Source of the DNA: a virus
IMG/VR virus record: IMGVR_UViG_3300035670_000062
Location: 49,099-113,098 of that record
Direction: 5' to 3' (one strand)
Length of the DNA stretch: 64,000 nt
Part shown: positions 58,264 to 64,000 of the stretch, in pieces
How positions within the stretch are numbered: position 1 is the first letter of the stretch
How the letters are laid out: each line of letters begins with the position of its first letter
Notes under the pieces: model-generated
What the model saw: only the letters and a program-made list of their open reading frames with translations
The model's database searches: none
What the model was told of the DNA's origin: nothing
Translations under genes and position numbers: made by a program

Positions 58264-58644
58264 ATGGCTGCAGGAAGATATAGTTTCATAATAGAACAAG
58301 GCTCAACATTAAATCTTGAATTACAATATAAAGACGAAAACGGCGTAGCTATAAATTTGTCAGATTATGGTGGTAAAATGCAATTACGTTCATCAGTTGA
58401 CAGTAATGATATAATATTAGAACTTAGTAGTTCCTTGCAACTTGATGGAACAGGTTTGAATTTTAGTGGCTCTAATGGTCAAACCTCTCCCTCGTCAGGT
58501 TCAATAGGTATTTACATATCTGCTGCTTCATCTTCATTATTAAATTTTGATTCAGCATTGTATGATCTTGAAATTTTTTCAGGTAGTTTTGTAAGTAGAA
58601 TACTAGAAGGTCAAATTAAATTATCTAAAGAAATAACAAGATAA
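58264..58644 (+). CDS. Virion structural/adaptor protein (tail-fibre associated)
   Basis: IEQGST..., NLSDY..KMQLR and YDLEI..RILEG...LSKEITR pattern. Confidence 0.65.
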   Translation: MAAGRYSFIIEQGSTLNLELQYKDENGVAINLSDYGGKMQLRSSVDSNDIILELSSSLQLDGTGLNFSGSNGQTSPSSGSIGIYISAASSSLLNFDSALYDLEIFSGSFVSRILEGQIKLSKEITR

Positions 58645-61600
58645 TGTCTAAATGCATTACTCCCATTCATATAATTCCAAATAATAATCAAGTAGTATTA
58701 CTTGATAATAATAAAAGTATAACAATAATAGACAATAATTGTTGTACTGAAGTAATAGTCACTCAACCTGTAACTGAAGTAATTCAAGTCCTGACTGGAC
58801 CCATGGGTAAATTCCCAACTGAAGGTCCTTATGGATTTACAGGTTCATTTGACATATCTGGTTCATTTACGACAACAGGAAGTATATATGGAGATATAAT
58901 ATATTCTCCGTATTTTACAGGTTCATTTTTTGGTAATGGAGTAGGATTATTTTCTGGTTCATTTAGTGGTTCTGTGTCTTCAAATTTACAAGAAATAACA
59001 GACAATGGATCAACTACTACTAACGCTATAACGTCGTCAGGTTTATTAACTAATGACATTAATGTAAATGGAAATGTAGTAGTATCAGGTTCACTTTTAG
59101 TTAGTGGTTCGAATACTTTTAAAAATATAGGTCCTGCTCAATTTACAGGTTCTACAGACATAACAGGAAGTTTAAGTGTAAATGGAGTAGACTATGAGTT
59201 TACTTCTGCTTCATTAGATCAAAGAATTATAAATAATTCGTCTTCAATTACTTTTTTAAGTAGCAGTTACTTAAATTCAAGTGCTTCATTTAATACTCGT
59301 ATATTAAACAACAGTTCTAGTATAAGTTTACTGTCAGGAAGCTTTTTAAATTTTAGTGGTAGTTACGTTACACATAGCTCGAGTTTTAACACAAGAATAT
59401 TAAACAATAGCTCAAGTATTTCATTATTATCTGGTAGTTATTTAACAGACTCTGCATCATTTAATACTAGAATATTAAACAACAGTTCTAGTATATCTAC
59501 TTTATCTAGTAGTTTTTTGTCATTTTCTTCAAGTTATCTTGTAGACAGTTCTAGTTTTAACATTCGTATAGTAAACAACAGTTCTAGTATTAATATATTG
59601 TCAGGTAGTTATCTTACTGATTCTGCATCATTTAATACACGTATATTAAATAATAGTTCTAGCATTTCTTCCTTGTCAGGAAGTTTTGTAGGATTTAGTG
59701 GTAGTTATGTAGCTGACTCAGCTTCATTTAATACACGCATATTAAATAACAGTTCAAGTATCAATATACTGTCGGGAAGTTATTTAACTGATTCTGCATC
59801 ATTTAATACACGCACATTAAATAATAGTTCTAGTATTTCTACTTTATCTAGTAGTTTTATTGGATTTAGTGGTAGTTATGTAAATGACAGTAGTTCTTTT
59901 AATGTTCGAATAATAAACTTAGAAAATTTTAGTTCTTCATTAGATGCTACTTTTGCAACTGACACTGAATTAAATGCTGCAACTGCCTCATTAAGTAGTT
60001 CTATTTCATATTTAAGTAGTAGTTATTTAAATTCAAGTGCTTCATTTGACATAAGAATATTAAACAACAGTTCAAGCATAAACTTACTGTCAGGTAGTTT
60101 TATTGGATTTAGTGGTAGTTATGTGAATGACAGTTCAAGCTTCAACACAAGAATATTAAACAATAGCTCAAGTATAACAGCGGTTTCCTCAAGCCTATCT
60201 ATATTCAGTGGAAGTTATGTTTTAGACTCGGCTTCGTTTGATACACGTATATTAAACAACAGTTCAAGTATTGACATATTGTCAAGTAGTTTTGAAACAT
60301 TTACTCAAATATACAATACAGGTTCATTTACAGGTTCATTTACAGGTTCATTGTTAGGTACTGCTTCATGGGCTATAAATGCTCAAACAGCATCTTACGT
60401 TTTACCTCTAAATCAAGACGTAATAATAAATGGTTCTCTTAATGTAACAGCATCTTTTACAGCAAGTGGATTAATATATCCCTCAGCAGATAATGGTGAA
60501 GAATCATTTATACAAACTGATGGAAATGGCAACTTATCTCTACAGTATGTAAAAACAATTTACGAAGAGATTATAAATGGTGAATCAACTCAACTCGTAA
60601 AAGGAACACCAGTATACGTTTCAGGTTCACAAGGGGCAGCTTCTATTGTGTTTCGTGCAGATCCAACTAATCCATCTAAAATACCTGCTGTTTATATATC
60701 TGCAGACACATTAGCTGCAGGTGAATCTGGTCGTGGAATTGCTTTAGGACTGATTAAAGGAGTTGACACAACAGGCTTCCCAGCAGGTACTGAAATATAC
60801 CTAGCATCTGGAGGTGGATGGACATCTACTCGCCCAACAGGTTCAACAGCTGTTCAAGTATTAGGATACGTAACAAAAGAAGGAAATGGAGGTCAAGGTG
60901 TTGTATTTAATAGGGGCTTAGCTAATTTACCAAATCTAAACTCAGGATCAGTTTGGGTAGGAAATCAAGACAGTACACCAGTTGCTGTTCCTACATCAAG
61001 TTTAAGTGTTGCTAGTTCGTCGTTTTCTGTAAACGCTCAAACAGCATCATTTGCACCAAATTACACTTTAACATCATCATTTAATGTTTTTACTAGTTCA
61101 TATAATACTGGATCATTTACAGGTAGCTTCATTGGAACGGCTGATTTACCAGATTTAACACAAGGTGTAGGTATTGATGTATTTACTTACGACGGTAGTA
61201 CAACTGCCACAGTAGCCGTATCTGGAGCAAATGCTTTAAATGCCGATACCATAACTAAATGGACTGGTGATGCATTTGCAAATACCAACATTAAAGACAA
61301 TGGTAGTCAAGTTGAAATTAGTTCTTCATTCTATGTGACTGGATCTAATATAGCAATTGAAACAGATCTTTTTACTGTAGGAGGTATTCCTGGAATTACT
61401 GCATTAAATATTGATTTAGGCGAGCTTTCTATATATGATTCATCAGGAAATCTTTCAATTCAAGCTCCAAATAGAATTTTATACGACGCAACAGAAGTAG
61501 ATTCTTTAGACTGGAACAACCGTCAATTACTTAAATCAGACGGAACAACAGTATCGTTTGATTGGGAAAATGGTCAATTTGTTAGTGATTTAAGTGTAAC

Positions 61601-62714
61601 TGGATCAGTATTTGTGACGGGCTCACAAATTTCAATTAATGCAGACACACTTGACTTCACTCTTATTGGTTATGCAACTCCTTTAATAACGCTTGATGAG
61701 TCTAACGGAGCACAGCTATATAATACTAGCGGTCAATATAAAATAAGCGCAGATGCTTCACACTTAGTAGATGATAGTGGATTGCTATCAGTAGAGTGGA
61801 CTAATCGTCAACTGTATGATTCTTCTGGAGCAACAGTTGTGGTAGATTGGAATCAGAATCTTTTATCTGACAATTCTACTGGCGCAGCTTCAGTAGATTG
61901 GGAACAACGTCAACTACTCAAATCAGACGGTTCAACAGTATCAGTAGATTGGGAAAATGGGATATTCTCAGGATCATTCTCTGGTTCATTCCAAGGAGAT
62001 GGCTCTCAACTAACTGGAATAGTATCTTCGAAATGGTCAGGTTCTAACCCTATAACTAGAGAAAGTGACGTTGAAATTACTGGATCATTAACAGTAACAC
62101 AAGGTATAACAGGCAGTTTACAAGGAACTGCATCATTTGCTATATCATCCTCAACTACTGTTTCTGCATCTTTTACACAAACTGCATCATATGCATTCAC
62201 AGCAGTTACTGCTTCATATGCATTGAATGGAGGTATAGATACAGGATCATTACTAGTAACAGCGTCCGTTGCCTTAAACACAATAACATTTACTAAAGGA
62301 GATGGCTCAACTTTCCCAATCACAGTAGATACGGGAAGTGGTGGTGGAGGTGGGAGTGGATTAACAGCTCCTATTACAATTGCATGGGATGGACAGGGTG
62401 GTTTTTTATCAACAGGATTCACAAGATATTTTGTTTCTCCATATAATTGTACAATTACGGGTTGGTCAATTATATCAGAAGGAACTAACCCTACGTGTAC
62501 GATTGATATTTGGAAAACTTCATATGGGACATCCTTACCTACATCTGCAAATTCAATTACTGGATCTTCTTCACCATCATTAAGTACTGGAAATGTCATA
62601 CGATCTTCAACATTAACTGGATGGACAACATCAATATCAGCAGGAGATATTCTTGGATTCAATATTAATGCTGTATCGAATGCTTTGACAATCAAAATAA
62701 ATTTAGAACTTTAA
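58644..62714 (+). CDS. Tail fibre-like protein with Ser-rich repeats
   Basis: 1356 aa; TGSF motifs, 25/32-aa tandem repeats and DW..RQL repeats. Confidence 0.75.
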   Translation: MSKCITPIHIIPNNNQVVLLDNNKSITIIDNNCCTEVIVTQPVTEVIQVLTGPMGKFPTEGPYGFTGSFDISGSFTTTGSIYGDIIYSPYFTGSFFGNGVGLFSGSFSGSVSSNLQEITDNGSTTTNAITSSGLLTNDINVNGNVVVSGSLLVSGSNTFKNIGPAQFTGSTDITGSLSVNGVDYEFTSASLDQRIINNSSSITFLSSSYLNSSASFNTRILNNSSSISLLSGSFLNFSGSYVTHSSSFNTRILNNSSSISLLSGSYLTDSASFNTRILNNSSSISTLSSSFLSFSSSYLVDSSSFNIRIVNNSSSINILSGSYLTDSASFNTRILNNSSSISSLSGSFVGFSGSYVADSASFNTRILNNSSSINILSGSYLTDSASFNTRTLNNSSSISTLSSSFIGFSGSYVNDSSSFNVRIINLENFSSSLDATFATDTELNAATASLSSSISYLSSSYLNSSASFDIRILNNSSSINLLSGSFIGFSGSYVNDSSSFNTRILNNSSSITAVSSSLSIFSGSYVLDSASFDTRILNNSSSIDILSSSFETFTQIYNTGSFTGSFTGSLLGTASWAINAQTASYVLPLNQDVIINGSLNVTASFTASGLIYPSADNGEESFIQTDGNGNLSLQYVKTIYEEIINGESTQLVKGTPVYVSGSQGAASIVFRADPTNPSKIPAVYISADTLAAGESGRGIALGLIKGVDTTGFPAGTEIYLASGGGWTSTRPTGSTAVQVLGYVTKEGNGGQGVVFNRGLANLPNLNSGSVWVGNQDSTPVAVPTSSLSVASSSFSVNAQTASFAPNYTLTSSFNVFTSSYNTGSFTGSFIGTADLPDLTQGVGIDVFTYDGSTTATVAVSGANALNADTITKWTGDAFANTNIKDNGSQVEISSSFYVTGSNIAIETDLFTVGGIPGITALNIDLGELSIYDSSGNLSIQAPNRILYDATEVDSLDWNNRQLLKSDGTTVSFDWENGQFVSDLSVTGSVFVTGSQISINADTLDFTLIGYATPLITLDESNGAQLYNTSGQYKISADASHLVDDSGLLSVEWTNRQLYDSSGATVVVDWNQNLLSDNSTGAASVDWEQRQLLKSDGSTVSVDWENGIFSGSFSGSFQGDGSQLTGIVSSKWSGSNPITRESDVEITGSLTVTQGITGSLQGTASFAISSSTTVSASFTQTASYAFTAVTASYALNGGIDTGSLLVTASVALNTITFTKGDGSTFPITVDTGSGGGGGSGLTAPITIAWDGQGGFLSTGFTRYFVSPYNCTITGWSIISEGTNPTCTIDIWKTSYGTSLPTSANSITGSSSPSLSTGNVIRSSTLTGWTTSISAGDILGFNINAVSNALTIKINLEL
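59205..60290 (+). repeat. Intragenic tandem repeats (75/96-bp units; SASFNTRILNNSSSI...)
   Basis: About 12 R(I/T)xN cores counted in the translation. Confidence 0.9.
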
Positions 62715-62726
62715 TAAAATAAAATT

Positions 62727-62969
62727 ATGTTTACATATCAAATATTAAACAAAGAAACAATAATAACTCACGTAGATGAGGTTATTGAGGATGGCGTTGA
62801 AGTATCACCTGCTGTAGACTATGTTACATTAAAAATCTTAACAGAGTATACTTTTAATAATAATGTAGTAAAGACAATTGAAGTTTCAATATTTAATCCT
62901 AAGAATCAAGAGTATATTGATAAGTCTTTATATAATAGAGGAGTAACAGAAGAAAGTAAACTTGATTAA
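62727..62969 (+). CDS. Small hypothetical protein (fibre-associated)
   Basis: 80-aa ORF between fibre genes. Confidence 0.65.
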   Translation: MFTYQILNKETIITHVDEVIEDGVEVSPAVDYVTLKILTEYTFNNNVVKTIEVSIFNPKNQEYIDKSLYNRGVTEESKLD

Positions 62970-62971
62970 AT

Positions 62972-64000
62972 ATGGCATTAAGATATTGGGTAACTGGAGG
63001 AACTGGAAATTATAACTCAACCACAAACTGGTCAACATCTTCAGGTGGTGCTTCAGGAGCATCTGTACCTACTACCGCAGATGATGCAGTATGGGATGCT
63101 AATAGTGGTGCAGGTACCGTTATTATAAATGTTGCATCTGTTGCAAAAACTATAAATTTTACAAATTTTACAGGTACTGTAGACTTTCGAAATACTTTAG
63201 CTGTAGCAGGAAACATGACGTTAGGAGCAAGTATGTCTTTTGCTAACACAACGGGTACTGCTATTTTAAGAGTTACAGCTGCGGCCACTCTCACAAGTAA
63301 TGGAGTTGCATTCCCTTATGATTTTTCAGTCTTAACAGCTACAGTCACAATTACATTAGCTGATAATTGGGAATGTAACAATTTTACATATAATGTAAGC
63401 ACAGGTAATGCTACATTCAACGGAAATACTTTTTTTATTAATGGTGATTTAACTAATTTAAACACAAATAGAAGCATATTAGGTACTACTGTTTTCGAAA
63501 TGAAAGGCACAGGAACGCTGTCTTCAAATTTTACTTCAACTGGAAATATTGTACCAAATCTTGTATTTAATACTACTGGAACAATTACAATTACAGGAAC
63601 GGTTGGACATACATCAGTTATAACTTGGACGTATACATCAGGAACTATAATAACAACTGGATCAACATTTAGTTTAAATGCTGGTACTCTTAATTTAGAT
63701 GGTATGGTTTGGGATAATGTTTATTATAGTGGTATTAATGCTATTACACATCTAAGTGATTTTATATATAGTGGTACTATTACTACTTTATCATCTAATT
63801 CTTCAAAAACTTTAAATGGATTTTCAATTAGACATACTGGTGTAACAGGTGGGATTATTAATTTAATTGGTGCCGCGGGTGGCTCCACTAAATTACAAGG
63901 AACCACTATTTTAAGTTTTGAAGGATCGGGGACTATTGACACTGGTGGATCTCAAGGAGTTATTGGTGCTCCTATAACAATAAATACAGCAGGAACATAT
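62972..64000 (+). CDS. Partial (3'-truncated) Gly/Thr/Ser-rich beta-helical fibre/adhesin-like protein
   Basis: Starts MALRYWVTGGTGNYNSTTNWSTSSGGASGASVPTTADD and runs off the window, so it is absent from the ORF track. Confidence 0.7.
   Translation, partial: MALRYWVTGGTGNYNSTTNWSTSSGGASGASVPTTADDAVWDANSGAGTVIINVASVAKTINFTNFTGTVDFRNTLAVAGNMTLGASMSFANTTGTAILRVTAAATLTSNGVAFPYDFSVLTATVTITLADNWECNNFTYNVSTGNATFNGNTFFINGDLTNLNTNRSILGTTVFEMKGTGTLSSNFTSTGNIVPNLVFNTTGTITITGTVGHTSVITWTYTSGTIITTGSTFSLNAGTLNLDGMVWDNVYYSGINAITHLSDFIYSGTITTLSSNSSKTLNGFSIRHTGVTGGIINLIGAAGGSTKLQGTTILSFEGSGTIDTGGSQGVIGAPITINTAGTY

Noticed and set aside
58644-62714. Diversity-generating retroelement target in the tail fibre
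   Set aside because: No reverse transcriptase is in the window, and the repeat differences are not adenine-specific.
1894-63942. All minus-strand ORFs in the track, and nested + strand ORFs 54701..54889 and 62380..62583
   Set aside because: They lie within or overlap well-supported + strand genes, have shadow-like composition (e.g. poly-Ser opposite the Glu/Asp-rich scaffold) and lack promoters.
1-64000. Stop-codon reassignment
   Set aside because: Code 11 gives dense, full-length terminase, portal, capsid and other genes, with no systematic fragmentation.

Overview
This 64-kb window is an AT-rich segment of a large lytic T4-like (contractile-tailed) dsDNA phage. Every credible gene lies on the + strand. 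The host is probably a Bacteroidota species: five promoters read TTTG-N20-TAnnTT(T/A), translation starts are A-rich without Shine-Dalgarno sites, and an Hc1-like protein and a CarboxypepD_reg-like domain are present. Gene order: partial late sigma factor, baseplate/tape-measure/tail module (1-27 kb), nuclease-primase-exonuclease block (27-30 kb), variable accessory region (30-45 kb), head module (terminase, portal, prohead protease, scaffold, major capsid; 45-56 kb), two inserted cassettes, phoH, then tail-fibre genes running off the end. The most notable signal looks like a modular virion-cargo system. (i) Eleven otherwise unrelated ORFs share an N-terminal MKKSELRQ(L/I)IKEE-type leader that usually ends in a hydrophobic-x-E motif, which matches T4 gp21 prohead-protease specificity. 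(ii) Several larger ORFs look like polyproteins of unrelated domains joined at LNE/LKE/VNE sites. (iii) Several leader genes are cassettes flanked by direct repeats that duplicate the upstream gene's 3' end or a terminator-promoter module. All functions were assigned from motif recognition and synteny; no database searches were run.
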